Assembly: GCA_002269645.1 (NCBI GenBank)
Contig: NIVC01000180.1
Coordinates: forward strand, 744,001 to 808,000
From: Macrostomum lignano
Taxonomy: Eukaryota
Length of the DNA: 64,000 nt
Direction of reading: 5' to 3'
The stretch's first letter is position 1, and each line of letters opens with the position of its first letter. The position numbers were made by a program, and so were the translations under genes. Under the pieces are notes generated by a model. That model saw only the letters and a list, made by a program, of their open reading frames with translations, ran no database searches and had not been told where the DNA came from. Below are positions 1 to 11,429 of this stretch, piece after piece.

Positions 1-72
1 TCTTTTATTACTGTCTCTCACGACTTAAAACTGCATCATGCTAATCTGAGCAACCTGAAAAATTCTCCCTTC

Positions 73-176
73 CTGGGTAATCCAACCTTCACACTGGGTA
101 TTCCACCCTTCTACACTGGGTATTCCACCCTTTACACTGGGTATTCCACCCTTTACACTGGGTATTCCACCCTCTT
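73..176. repeat. Short minisatellite, ~21-bp unit (TTCCACCCTTTACACTGGGTA), ~5 copies
   Basis: Direct tandem copies visible in the sequence. Confidence 0.85.
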
Positions 177-661
177 TACTGGCAATCCCTGCTTATCACT
201 GTACTGGCAAAACTCTCTTGGCTATCCAACATGGTAACTTAGTCTGCAATACTGCTTCAAAGGACTAATTCAGAAGAACCAAGAAATCTTAATTTCCTGT
301 TAACTGAGTTAGGAACCCAAAAGGTCAAGGTTAAAGAAACATTCTTTTTGCCTTGTATTTATAGTGGTTAACATCTTGTCTAATTGGCTCGTGTAACATG
401 CATTAAAACAACATCAAACTAAAACATATTATTTCGCCTTACTATAACAAAATTTCTACATTAAAACAAAATGGTACATTAAAACAAATTATATGATAGT
501 TGTTATTTTGGTAGGAATTTAATTTCGCAAAAAAATACTAAATTTCTAAGAATAAACATAGGCCCTTCTACATTACCACAAATTTTTTTATGACATAAAG
601 TTGTATAAATTATTTATATTAAATAATATCTATTAATAATATGCCTGATAATTAACTGTAT

Positions 662-2220
662 TGAAGTGAAACGAAGGCGCCGTTAGCAAGAGGATGTGAG
701 AAATCAGCCGACACGCGCGTGATGCGTGAACAAGCATCCAGCCTTGGCAGCAACTCCCCAGATGCACAAGATCTGCATGCCTAAAAATAGTCCTGATGAT
801 CGGCGAGCAAGAAGCCCAGCCATGCGACCCTCGCGTGATGCATGCACAACCTCTGACCGACACTGCCTATTGGGCCTCGAAATCCCACTCTCTCTCCCTA
901 CTGCTCCTATTCCTCGTTGCTCGCGTACAGTGTGCTAGCTTATAAAATATACTGATTGAAGAGGAAAGATCCTCGCCTGAAGTTTGAGAATGTGACTCTA
1001 GAGATCACACAGAGAAAGTTACCATCAGGTCCATTGTTCGTTGTCTTCCTGAACTGTTGGCAGAAGGAAACGATTATAATATGGGAAAAACCCATATAAA
1101 TTTTTCGTTTCAATTGGTTCCACTGACCGCGTGAGTCGCCGCTAGACAGAAGTCTCAGATACCATGCAGTTATCGCTCTGCTGCATGTCTTCAACAGCCA
1201 TTCGAATGAATCGAGAACTGAGACTTTCCTGCCTTCAGTAAAGGAAGACTTCGAACTAAACAAGACCAATGGACGAAGATCAAGAAGCGACGCAGTTTAC
1301 CCTTCCAAGAAGAAACTTTCGTTGAGAGATCTACACAATCAATTTGGTCAAGACGGTATTTTTCCGACGTCCTATTTAACTGCAATGTACCTTCAGCCAG
1401 CATCCCGATCTGACTGTCTACCAGACGCTGTTTCAATTTGTCGAGTCTCCATGTCCAGTCCTATTTGCGTCACTGTTTAGGGCATCGAAAAGCCCATTCA
1501 ATTTGTCGAGTTTCCGAGTTCACGTCAATCCCCCTCTCAGATCTGATTAAATAGTCAGGAGGATATGCTGGTACAATTCATCCACTGTTGTCACAAGTTC
1601 ACTTTGCCCCTTGACCAAGTTTCGTGTTTCAACAACATCAACTCAACTGCAAGTTACCAAGTGGGACTGCGTATCGCAAGCAAATGCACAACTGGACGCC
1701 ATGTCATCATTGCTCCAAGCTTATTTTCAACAGAGCTCGGAGGGCCTCGCTTCCCTGAAAAAAGAGCGACTGAAGTGAAACGAAGGCGCCGTTAGCAAGA
1801 GGATGTGAGAAATCAGCCGACACGCGCGTGATGCGTGAACAAGCATCCAGCCTTGGCAGCAACTCCCCAGATGCACAAGATCTGCATGCCTAAAAATAGT
1901 CCTGATGATCGGCGAGCAAGAAGCCCAGCCATGCGACCCTCGCGTGATGCATGCACAACCTCTGACCGACACTGCCTATTGGGCCTCGAAATCCCACTCT
2001 CTCTCCCTACTGCTCCTATTCCTCGTTGCTCGCGTACAGTGTGCTAGCTTATAAAATATACTGATTGAAGAGGAAAGATCCTCGCCTGAAGTTTGAGAAT
2101 GTGACTCTAGAGATCACACAGAGAAAGTTACCATCAGGTCCATTGTTCGTTGTCTTCCTGAACTGTTGGCAGAAGGAAACGATTATAATATGGGAAAAAC
2201 CAATATAATTTTTCGTTTCA
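662..2220 (+). mobile_element. Non-autonomous LTR retrotransposon (TRIM-like): LTR 662-1112, non-coding internal region 1113-1770, LTR 1771-2220
   Basis: Two ~450-bp direct repeats with TG...CA ends; the only differences I noticed are 1 substitution and 1 indel near the 3' end. 4-bp TSD GTAT (658-661 and 2221-2224). PBS-like TGGTTCCACTGACC at 1115. Purine tract GAAAAAAGAG just before the 3' LTR. TATAAAA inside the LTR (941-947). Confidence 0.92.
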
Positions 2221-2579
2221 GTATCTCTATGTTAATTAATATGTTTTCTAATCTATTTTTCATAATAATAGGCTATTAATTGTTATTATTTTTATAAATA
2301 TATTATACAACCTATTGAAACCCACAGATTTTGAACCCGGGTAATTTCAATCCCTGCAACTATTTTTGCATGTATTCCAAAAATCTGAGGGCAAACTCAA
2401 ACAAAAACTTGTTATTTGTTAGTATAGAGTTAAATATAAAAATAGAATACATTTGTATAAAATTGGGATTTTAAGGCAAACATTGATATTGTTGGCTGGG
2501 ATGCTACACAGAATGTTAGGCAAACTCTGGCCTCTACCTCTGCCTCTCCCTATGTCTATTAGATCCTTTGAAACTTGTA

Positions 2580-2870
2580 TCATCTCTTCTGTTTCCTCTC
2601 TTCTCTCTTGTCTCTCTCTCTTCTCTCTTTCATCTTATCTCTTCTTTCTTCTCTCCTTTCTCCTCTCTGAGCTGAGCCTCTTTCCCCTCTTCTTGTCTTA
2701 TCTCTCTCTTCTATTCTTTTCTCTCCCCTCTTCTCTCTTCTTTCTCATCTCAGCTCTCTCATCTCGCCTTTCTCCTCTTTTATCTCTTCTCATTTCTCTT
2801 TGCTCTCTACTCTCTTCTCTCTACTTTCTCTTCCCTCTCCTCTCTTCTCACTCCTTACTCTACCCTCTAT
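2580..2870. repeat. CT-rich low-complexity polypyrimidine tract
   Basis: Nearly pure C/T on the + strand; explains the Leu/Ser-rich ORF 2453..2896. Confidence 0.85.
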
Positions 2871-3667
2871 CAACTAGTGGCTTGCTACATTATTAGACTA
2901 CTAAGAAAAGACTATTTATGCTTCATAAACAATCTATCTAATCTTCAATGGGTCACCAATCCTCTATTGAAGTTTTGGTAGCTAAAACAGTTTGATAGAA
3001 TCTTAATTTTGCTTCCATGTGGGTTTCCAATGAGCAAATTTAAAAAATGGATACTTCATTTTTACTCCATGCCTCTATTGAAGTTTTGGTAGGTACAATC
3101 AATCCCTATAAAAAATCTCCCTTCCCTAAACTTACCATTCTCTAGTTCAAGAAGACCATGGAATTTCATATGTATTCTAGGCCTATTGCAAAGACAATAT
3201 TAGTTGGAGTAAATAGCTTAATATAAAAGTTTAAATAACTTAATTTTATTTGAGTATAATGGTAGCCCCAATTAATTGAAAGGAATCATAATATTATAAA
3301 AATCAGGTCTAAGTTTTTCTTTGTTTGTATATGAAGCTTTTGGTCTTTTTAGGTAATAATATTTGGTGCTTTACACAAATTGAATTTGATTTATTGCAAT
3401 ATGATGCAAATTCTTAATTTAACATTACAGTTAAAGCATGCAATTCTACCTAGAAGCAAATGTGCAGCCAATGTTGTCAAAGCTGGCAGCAGTGGGCTTG
3501 CTGCTAAAATCTCAATGCTCATGCAGGATTTCCACCACTGCCATGCTGCATAAGAAAATGAAGTTCTCCTACCAGCAGGTTTGTATGCAGTCACTTGTGA
3601 TAGCATGAATATTTATATTTGACTGATGTTAATGCTTATATTTTAAGTAGCATACATTTTGGATCTA

Positions 3668-4028
3668 TGAAATTTGCTTGCGAGAAATTTGCTTGCCGAG
3701 CTTTGCTTGCCGAACTTTGCTTGCAGCAAATTTGCTTGCCGAGTTTTACCAGCCAGTTTTCTTGCGGAACCTTAAAGAACCTATTAAGATTCGTGGAAGT
3801 CGCCTATAGTGTTATGATTTTGTATGAGGATATGGCGGATTTGAAAAGCCCTAACGCAGAAATGGAATAATTTAGTTTTTACTGGGAATATATTTTCAAC
3901 AAAAAATTGGACACAATTTCGAACAATGCACATATCGAATTATTTGGGCACATTTATGCACATATCAAAGTTCGGCAAGCAAAGTTCCCGCAAGCAAAGT
4001 TCGGCAAGCAAAGTTCCCGCAAGCAAAC
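3668..4028. mobile_element. Foldback/MITE-like element with inverted sub-repeat blocks
   Basis: TTTGCTTGCCGAAC-type sub-repeats at ~3670-3745 are mirrored by GTTCGGCAAGCAAA-type sub-repeats at ~3968-4028. Exact termini and TSD not resolved. Confidence 0.55.
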
Positions 4029-4225
4029 GTCGTACTCCCTACATTTTACATCCCTACTACATCCCTACTTTGGCTCGCTTTGGCGCGAGCCAAAACAGTT
4101 ATATTTATGAGCATGAACCAGGCGGTATGTTGCGCGTGTATAAGAAAGTAGAGGTGGCCGCGCTACTGAGAAGGCGATGTGAGAAGAGGGAGAGAAACGA
4201 AAGATCACTAAGAGAGTCGCTAGGC

Positions 4226-4334
4226 GGGGGGGGGGGGTCGTAGCCTAGCGGTCCATTGCGGCGCTCTCATGTGCCAGCGGCCCAGGCTCGATTCCCAGTG
4301 CAGTCACGCATTAATTTTTGGGCTGAATTGGAAG
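4226..4334 (+). mobile_element. tRNA-derived SINE, 5' head only
   Basis: Poly-G start, box A-like TAGCCTAGCGG and box B-like GGCTCGATTCC. Similar to the heads of the copies at 23956 and 51966. Confidence 0.75.
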
Positions 4335-4700
4335 CTGGAGTCGGGAGTGCTCCTAACTATGAGTAGCGAGTAGATTAATTTTGCGAGCGATGAATTTCAC
4401 GAGTCAAGAGTTAGGAGCTAGGAGTTGACTCAACGAGTCACCCAATGAGTGAGTCTAATTCACAAGAAAGTCACATTTGGCCCTTTAGGAGTAAGGAGTG
4501 GAGTGTGCTTCTATAGAACACCCGCTCCTAAAAATGACGCTTAAAGGTAAACCATACGAGTATAGCACACTAAAGATCTTTATGAGCTCTCCTTTGTTAA
4601 CCAAGGAATCTCCCGCACTCCTTAAGGATCTGCTGAGGACCTGCTCGTGCAATTGACCCCTCGAACATGCATGCGCAACTCCCCTGATTTTCACTGGCCG

Positions 4701-5171
4701 TGCGACTTACTTTTTGACCAAAAATGCGACTTACCTAAGAAACAAGCAAATTTTGGGTAAAACGGCAAGTGTAAATATAACTGCATAATAAGGCCAAATG
4801 CCTCGTCATCTAATTAGTTAGCCGCATACATGCGCAACAGTCGGCCGAGTCGGCCGATCTGGCCGACTGATTTGGCGGCCAACCAAGGAAGTCGCAAAAA
4901 TGCCCACCCAAAAAATACCAAAGTAGTAGTACTAAGTAGCTGACGAGGCATTTTGGCTTAATAAGACAGTGATAGTTACTCCTGCCGTTTACCAAAAGTT
5001 GCGTTAAATTTGCTTTACGGTTTTTTACATGTAAGTCGCATTTTTGGCCAAAAACTACGTCGCATTTTGTTAAAACTAAGTCGCACGGCCGACCGAATTT
5101 TCGAGGTTGCGCATGTATGGTTAGCCGTCTATTTTTGGGTGGGCATTTTTGCGACTTACCTTGGTTGGGCC
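4701..5171. mobile_element. Inverted-repeat cluster / MITE (main arms 4877-4917 and 5130-5171)
   Basis: AACCAAGGAAGTCGCAAAAATGCCCACCCAAAAAATA is matched in inverted form at 5130-5171. A further inverted pair lies at 4701-4735 / 5031-5064. Confidence 0.6.
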
Positions 5172-5253
5172 CGTCGCCGTCGTCGCCGTCGTACGTATCC
5201 ATAGCCATAAAGTCTTGAGCTGTTGTCAAATCATAAATCAGGGCCACGCCTGG

Positions 5254-5529
5254 ATGACGGCGGTTCGCAAGCACCAGCGCCGGGCCGACAATCCTTGGGT
5301 GCCGCGCGAGATGCCCGACCGAGTGGCCATCGCGGCTGCCACTCGCGGCGGCCCCTCAGGCAGTCGAGCGTTCAGCGAAGCCCGGCCGGAACTCGTTGTG
5401 CCCGACCTGACCAGCTTCCAGCTCAAGCCGTACGTGGACTGGGCGGCCAAGTACGGGGAGGAGCCGGAGCTCACGGCTGAGCGGCTGTTTGAGCTCTCGT
5501 ACGCCAAGTCGGCGGGGGTTGACAGTTGA
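5254..5529 (+). CDS. MRPL41: Mitochondrial ribosomal protein mL41-like (91 aa from the ATG at 5254; may lack a 5' exon, acceptor AG at 5240-5241)
   Basis: PELVVPDLTSFQLKPYVDW...EEPELTAERLF matches the mL41 hallmark (PEFVVPDLTGFKLKPYVSY...EETPLTAAQLF in human). GC-rich codon usage and downstream AATAAA signals. Confidence 0.8.
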   Translation: MTAVRKHQRRADNPWVPREMPDRVAIAAATRGGPSGSRAFSEARPELVVPDLTSFQLKPYVDWAAKYGEEPELTAERLFELSYAKSAGVDS

Positions 5530-5570
5530 CTGAGCGTTTGCTCTGTGTGATTTTGCTTAGGTAGTTTAGG

Positions 5571-5812
5571 AATCCCCATCTCTGAGGCTAATAAATCCCC
5601 ATCTCTGAGGCTAATAAATCCCCATCTCTGAGAATAATAAATCCCCATCTCTGAGGCTAATAAATCCCCATCTCTGAGAATAATAAATCCCCATCTCTGA
5701 GGCTAATAAATCCCCATCTCTGAGAATAATAAATCCCATCTCTGAGGCTAATAAATCCCATCTCTGAGGTTAATAAATCCCATCTCTGAGGTTAATAAAC
5801 CCCATTTCTGAG
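5571..5812 (+). repeat. 23-bp minisatellite (AATAAATCCCCATCTCTGAGGCT), 10 AATAAA-bearing units
   Basis: Tandem units start ~40 bp after the MRPL41-like stop codon. Confidence 0.9.
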
Positions 5813-6249
5813 ACTATAAGGCTTCCAATCTGGAGGTTCCTGGAGCTAAGAAACCCTGTCTTGAAGTCGCCGTCGCCGATCCCCAAATAATTTCGTGTTT
5901 GTTTGTTTTAAATCACCAATTTGTTTTAGAATTTGCGAAATAAAATCGTGTTTTTGAAAAGTACGTCAGCTACTTTGCTGATGGCATTTGTTTAAATAGT
6001 TTCTAAAATTCAGACTTTTCTTAAACTATGTCTTCTTTTGGTTCAATAGTCCTAATTGCAATTGAAATTTTGAAATTTGAAGCTTGAAATTTACAAAGCA
6101 ACTGGCTGGTTGAGCGAAATCTGTCAATTAATTTATTCAGAGATTTTAGATTTTCGCCTTTAATGGGGTTTCATCATATGTGAGCGTATACTGAATGTAG
6201 GTAGTCAATTTTGTTTAAAAAAGCATTAAAATATTTGATTTTGCACCGA

Positions 6250-6470
6250 CTTAAAGGTCGGGGGTTCGATTCCCAAACCCACTGGAACAATGTACTCGTA
6301 TTCTAAAAAATGGGTATAACAGCATTTGCTGGGTAATTGAGGGTGTGTTGCGACCCCAATCCAGTCCTTGGACTGAACAGCCGTACGCAGCCTTCAGATG
6401 CGCCGCGAATAGCTGCGGCTGAGCTGTCGGTTGCACATCTGGCCCGCTTGTGGCAGGTGTAATAAAAATA
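6250..6470 (+). mobile_element. Second SINE-like dispersed repeat (box B GGTTCGATTCCC, ends in AATAAAAATA)
   Basis: About 75 bp (6358-6435) recurs in reverse complement at ~12320-12395 with high similarity. Confidence 0.6.
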
Positions 6471-6549
6471 TTAATTAGAGTAAAACTGGTGCATTGTCGG
6501 TCACTACAGTTTCAGCCATTTTATAAATATAATAGCCAATCGAACTTAC

Positions 6550-6655
6550 AGCAAGTATCCTTTATCATATATTCGCAGAGATTGATGGGGCTAGCGCTGG
6601 TTCCTGCAGCAGCCAGGAGTGCACAGATTGCGATGGCTGAGCAGAGAGCCTCCAT
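6550..6655 (-). CDS. Putative first coding exon of a small secreted protein (MEALCSAIAICALLAAAGTSA-SPINLCEYMIKDTC)
   Basis: ATG at 6655, hydrophobic signal peptide ending in small residues, and a strong GTAAGT donor at 6549. Downstream exons uncertain. Confidence 0.55.
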
Positions 6656-7294
6656 GCTTCAAGGATTTCGGCGCAGACAGTTAAGAAAGCTGAGGCAGAG
6701 CTGATGCAGACTGGCTGCTGTGTTTATTAATGCTTGGCGCTGATTTACCTGAGCAATACGGCTGTGCCACCTCGCTTACAGTAAAGTCTTTGGCTGAGCC
6801 ATGCGGGTTTCATGCGGGTCAAACCAGGTGGCATTAGAAAATGGCTGCAGACTAAGGCAATGTTTTAAGTCTTTCACCATGATAGAGGTGAATTATTTAA
6901 TTCGATTACTCCAATTAATACTTCTAAAATATTACATAGATACAAGTAGACACGAGCTCTCTAACCAGCTAACTGCCTTCAGGTGAAGTTTGAGAAACAG
7001 AATGTCCTCTAGAGGCGTTTCCCCTTTGGACATTCTCCTCCGGACATTTTCCCTCGAAATGAAAGTGAACATAAAGTGAAAGTTGATTGTGTGGCTGGGA
7101 CGGAATAAATTGGCCTCTAGTCCGTATGGTCATGTCTCCATGTCTTCTGTGTCCTCTAGCTGGATAATGGATACATGTACGTGCACGTTGCTGCTCATGG
7201 ATAGGGGGCGTGCATGGAAGGGGGCGATAGACACTTCAAGGCCATCAAAGCGCGCTTTGTTGCGCTGCAGTCCATTTTATTCTAGTTTTTAGGA

Positions 7295-7845
7295 AACACC
7301 GGAGAGAAAAAGGCGGACCGGAAACGCTGGAGGAAAACACCGGAAGGGAAACACCGGAGGGAAAATGCCGTACCGGAAACGCTGGAGGAAAACACCGGAG
7401 GGAAAATGCCGTACCGGAAACGCTGGAGGAAAACACCGGAGGGAAAATGCCGTACCGGAAACGCTGGAGGAAAACACCGGAAGGGAAACACCGGAGAGAA
7501 AATGCCGGACCGGAAACGCTGGAGGAAAACACCGAAAGGGAAACACCGGAGGGAAAATGCCGGACCGGAAACGCTGGAGGAAAACACCGGAAGGGAAACA
7601 CCGGAGAGAAAATGCCGGACCGGAAACGCTGGAGGAAAACACCGGAAGGGAAACACCGGAGGGAAAATGCCGGACCGGAAACGCTGGAGGAAAACACCGA
7701 AAGGGAAACACCGGAGAGAAAATGCCGGACCGGAAACGCTGGAGGAAAACACCGGAAAGGAAAACACCGGAGGGAAAATGCCGGACCGGAAACGCTGGAG
7801 GAAAACACTGAAAAGGAAACACCAGAGGGAAAACACCGGAGGGGA
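7295..7845. repeat. Compound minisatellite, ~55-bp unit (with ~41-bp variants) built from GGAAAACACCGG sub-units
   Basis: Tandem copies; source of the overlapping repeat ORFs 7245-7981. Confidence 0.9.
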
Positions 7846-8731
7846 AATGTCTGGTATATCAAAGAATCAACACAGCAACAACAAGCATGGGTGCATGGTC
7901 GAGATGAAGATGATTTTAAAATTTCATAGGCTATGCAATGCTTTCGCTGCAACAAGGCTCTGTAGCTGCTGGGTGATTTGACTGCACATTTTCGTGATAT
8001 TTTGCTACATCGGCACGGAAATTGTGATATTCAGAGCTATGCATCATAGCTATGCAATAGTTGAAATTTTCTGCAACATCAATCAGTAGGCAATATTTTA
8101 TTATAACGTGTTGTAACTCGCTAATTTCCCTGGGAAGGGAACCGGTATATCCTATGCAACGCCGACCCAGCAACGCAAAATAAATCCAGCTCAGAAAACG
8201 AACCAACCTCCAAGGCACAGAGGGTGCGCAAGCCTGACGGTGAGAAACTCGGAACCGCTGTACACCCTGTACGTGATGGGTTTCGGCCTTTTCGGCCCCT
8301 TTCGGGAAGCCTTCGGGCCTCAGGTCTCAGAAATAAATCAATTAGAGTCCTGGCCCCCCTGTCAGATTTTGTGATTTTGCACTATTGGCAATTTGCTCAC
8401 TGATTTGATAGATTGATCGACTGAGAACTGCCTTGCCATTGGTCCACTGTGACCGGCGCCTACTAGCTTAGCTACTCATCTGAGCCATCGGCGAACAAAG
8501 AATAAAACCGATAAAAATAACTGTCAGATTTAACCTTCTCCTTAAATCACTTCACACTAGATTGAATTAGAGTTAGAGAATTAAAGTAGTGACACTTTAG
8601 AGTTTCAGACTACTAGCAGTATTATAAAGTTATTTCTGCCTCGATAACAGCACTGCTGAACAAAATGAGCAAAAGTGTGCGCCTAATTCAGCTACTGAAA
8701 TAGGGGACAGATGAGGAATCACCCAATCAAG

Positions 8732-10066
8732 TGTTGTGATGGGCTCAAGGGCTCGGTCCTTTCGTGCCCCTTTCCCAGACCCGGGTTCGCGTACTGACCC
8801 CGGCTGCGGTCCTCCACTGACACGCGTACGACGCGGTGTCCGTCGGGACTAGGCTGCTCGAGCGTACGACGCACGACAGCCTACAGACTCGCGTACGACG
8901 CAGAGCTGCTTGGGGTGGGACCGGCGTACGACGCACTTAATCCCTCTAAGGTGCCTAGTACAGATGCAGACCCAAATGACTTGCAAATTGGAAGGCTTAC
9001 CAGCCGCGATTTCAGTCGTACAACTCGGGAACAGCGCCGACAGAGCAGTGGGATTATCGATATTTTAATTGTATTTGTAGGACAATTCGGACACTTAATA
9101 GCAACCAACGCTAGCAAAATCACCGGAGAGCCACGAAAATGACGAGAATGGGGTCTCACGGGGCTCTGAATAAATAGGCAGCAAACTGGGGGTTGAGGGC
9201 GCGGGATAAAGGCAGAAAAAGGGGCTTAGACATCAGCATAGGAAAAACATGAGCCGTACCAGCCAATCGCCGGGGCGCAGCACGGCAGACTGGGACTGGC
9301 AGCCAATCACAAACAGGGGCGGGGCAGCAAAGCTAACAAAAGAATGGGGCGGGGTCGCACGCAAAGAATGGGGGGGGTCGCACGCAGAGAATGGGGGTTG
9401 AATAACAGACAAGGCCTAGGCAGAGAGGGGGAGGGTACGCACGCGCAGAAGTGACGGGGGTGAGTCAGAAAATATCTGAGGAGGGGGGGGGGAGATGCCG
9501 GCCAGACTGGCCCGGCGTAGAATAGTGCACTCAACTCAAGTTACAATATCACATTCATGACACAAGCAAGTCTAGGTAGCCTCTCACCCAACCAATCAGA
9601 AACTCAACAGCCGGAGACCAGGTAATCCACAGCGACCGAATCGGCTTAGTGCTTCGCAGCTGTAGGCCCGGGATGATGCTGTTGTCACAATCTTCGCAGA
9701 TAGCTAGCAGGTGATGTTCTTAATCTTGATGTTCGCTGCTGACGACCGGGGGGATTCGTCCTTGATGATGACAGGGTTAGTCGCGATCCGGGGATCAAAA
9801 GACGACGGTCGAGCTCCGGGAGGTCTAAGTTAGGTCAAAGTCCCAGGAGGCGGAGCAGGAGGTTGAGTCCGAGCGGGCCAAAAACACCGGTTTAAATAGC
9901 CGCCAACTGGACCGCAATTTGTTATAATGGAGCACCTCGACGCTGATTGGCTGAGCCGATTTGTTATAACGCACGTCGAATTTTCTGATTGGCTGAGCTT
10001 GTTGCCACCCAAACTCACGTGACCAGAAGATCCTATCAGTTCCCTCGGGGCCATAAAAATACGACA
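8732..10066 (-). mobile_element. Possible LTR / LTR-element leader relic with a Pol II promoter layout
   Basis: The minus strand begins TGTCGT at 10066, has two CTCAGCCAATCAG (CCAAT) boxes (9943-9955, 9985-9997) and then CTATTTAAA (9891-9899). Candidate ...ACAACA ends at 9680 or 8732. No clean TSD. Confidence 0.3.
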
Positions 10067-10968
10067 GGTGCGGTCATAAATCACTCAAAATAGCTACATA
10101 ATAATTTATGACCTTTCGCGTAGGAATGACAAAAATTAATAAAAAATATACATTAGAAAGCTCTTATTAAGTAGAAAGTGAAGATAATGAAGAGAAATCG
10201 ATAATCGCTAATCCCAACGTACTTTTAGGAGTAAAACGCATAGCTGTCAAAGCTGCCACACGCTTGAGTAAACACGACAATAAGCCCTGACCTTATAAAT
10301 CTTGATGGCCTGTCAAAATGATGAGAAAAAAGCTACCGCCCGCATCCTCTCACCATCTGGCGCCAGTCTCAGCATTGAGTGAGGCGCAGGTGGCTGTCAG
10401 ACCAGCTCAGACGCAATGATTTATGACCCAAAAGCCGCACCTATGTTATTATAACTACAAGTATGGCAAAATCATATAACTAGTATGAATTCTAGGAAAA
10501 TTGCATAAAGAGAAGAAACAATGCCCATAGTCTGTTGTTAGTAGGCTTGTAAGTTTGGAGCCCATGTGCGAGCGTGAAGTTTGGAAAAAAAGTGCGTCCT
10601 CATCATACGCTCATATGAGTAACTCAGCGACATCGAAAAGTCGCCATCACAGAGAAGATTCCGTCTGTGGTCGCCACTTTTGAGAGTGGAGGTAAAGTCT
10701 CTCAATCTTTACGAGTGACGCAACTTAGCCACGCCGCGACAGTTTTGAGTTGAGGAATGAAGTGGGGGGCGGTGTGCGAGGGTATAGTATTATTATTACA
10801 TAGCTATACGCTATTTTGCTTTTTTAATTCATCTGTCTGACCCACAAGCAGTTCCCTATCAGTAGGTCGGAACGAATGTCCGCTTGCTTGCGAACCGGGT
10901 TCTGTGCATTGTCTAAATCGCTTGAATCATGGTACAGCTGTCACTGAAACTTAGTGTTGACTTATACC

Positions 10969-11429
10969 CAAGGGTGTCGCCACCGGTGGACAAGGGGGAC
11001 ATGTCCCCCCCCCCCTTGAAATCAATAACTTTGCTTCAGGGCGCCAAAACATAGCGCCTTTGGCAATGGCTGTCTGTGGCTCCAAAATGAGTGTCTGCGG
11101 CTCCAAAATGAGTGCCTGTGGCTCCAAAATGAGTGTCTGCGACTCCAAAATGAGTGCCTGTGGCGCCAAAATAAGTGTCTGCGGCCAAAACGAGTGTCTG
11201 TGGCCAAAATGAGTGTCTGCGGCCAAAATGAGTGTCTGCGGCCCCAAAATGAGTGTCTGCGGCTAAAATGAGTGTCTGCGGCCAAAATGAGTGTCTGCGG
11301 CTCCAAAATGAGTGCTATAACAACACCGACTCCCAAAATAATGTACATGTAGGAATTTAGTCATGCACTTGTAAAATCCTTGATTTTGTCGCCCCCCCCC
11401 CTACCATAAACTCCATGGCGACGCCTCTG
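10969..11429. mobile_element. MITE-like element with imperfect TIRs and an internal ~21-bp array (CCAAAATGAGTGTCTGCGGCT, ~11085-11315)
   Basis: CAAGGGTGTCGCCA at the left end versus TGGCGACGCCTCTG at the right end; poly-C subterminal tracts. No TSD found. Confidence 0.55.

Noticed and set aside
2453-2896. 147-aa Leu/Ser/Phe-rich membrane-like ORF
   Set aside because: Product of a CT-rich low-complexity tract.
3454-3578. Exon-like segment (TAG...GT) encoding PMLSKLAAVGLLL, faintly like a hAT dimerisation domain
   Set aside because: No neighbouring exons or further motifs could be linked; the similarity is too weak.
7245-7981. Six overlapping long ORFs
   Set aside because: All are translations of one minisatellite in several frames on both strands. 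The same applies to 27960-28562, 31653-32584, 35503-36639, 37926-38588, 39053-39619, 42057-42725, 48156-49199, 51944-52357, 55008-55749 and 56690-57199.
10066-10441. Possible MITE with AGGTGCGG...TCATAAATCA inverted ends
   Set aside because: The arms are short and gapped and no TSD was found; insufficient support.
10649-10660. ACAGAGAAGATT, identical to the U6 snRNA ACAGAGA box region
   Set aside because: Only 12 nt match; the flanks show no U6 similarity.
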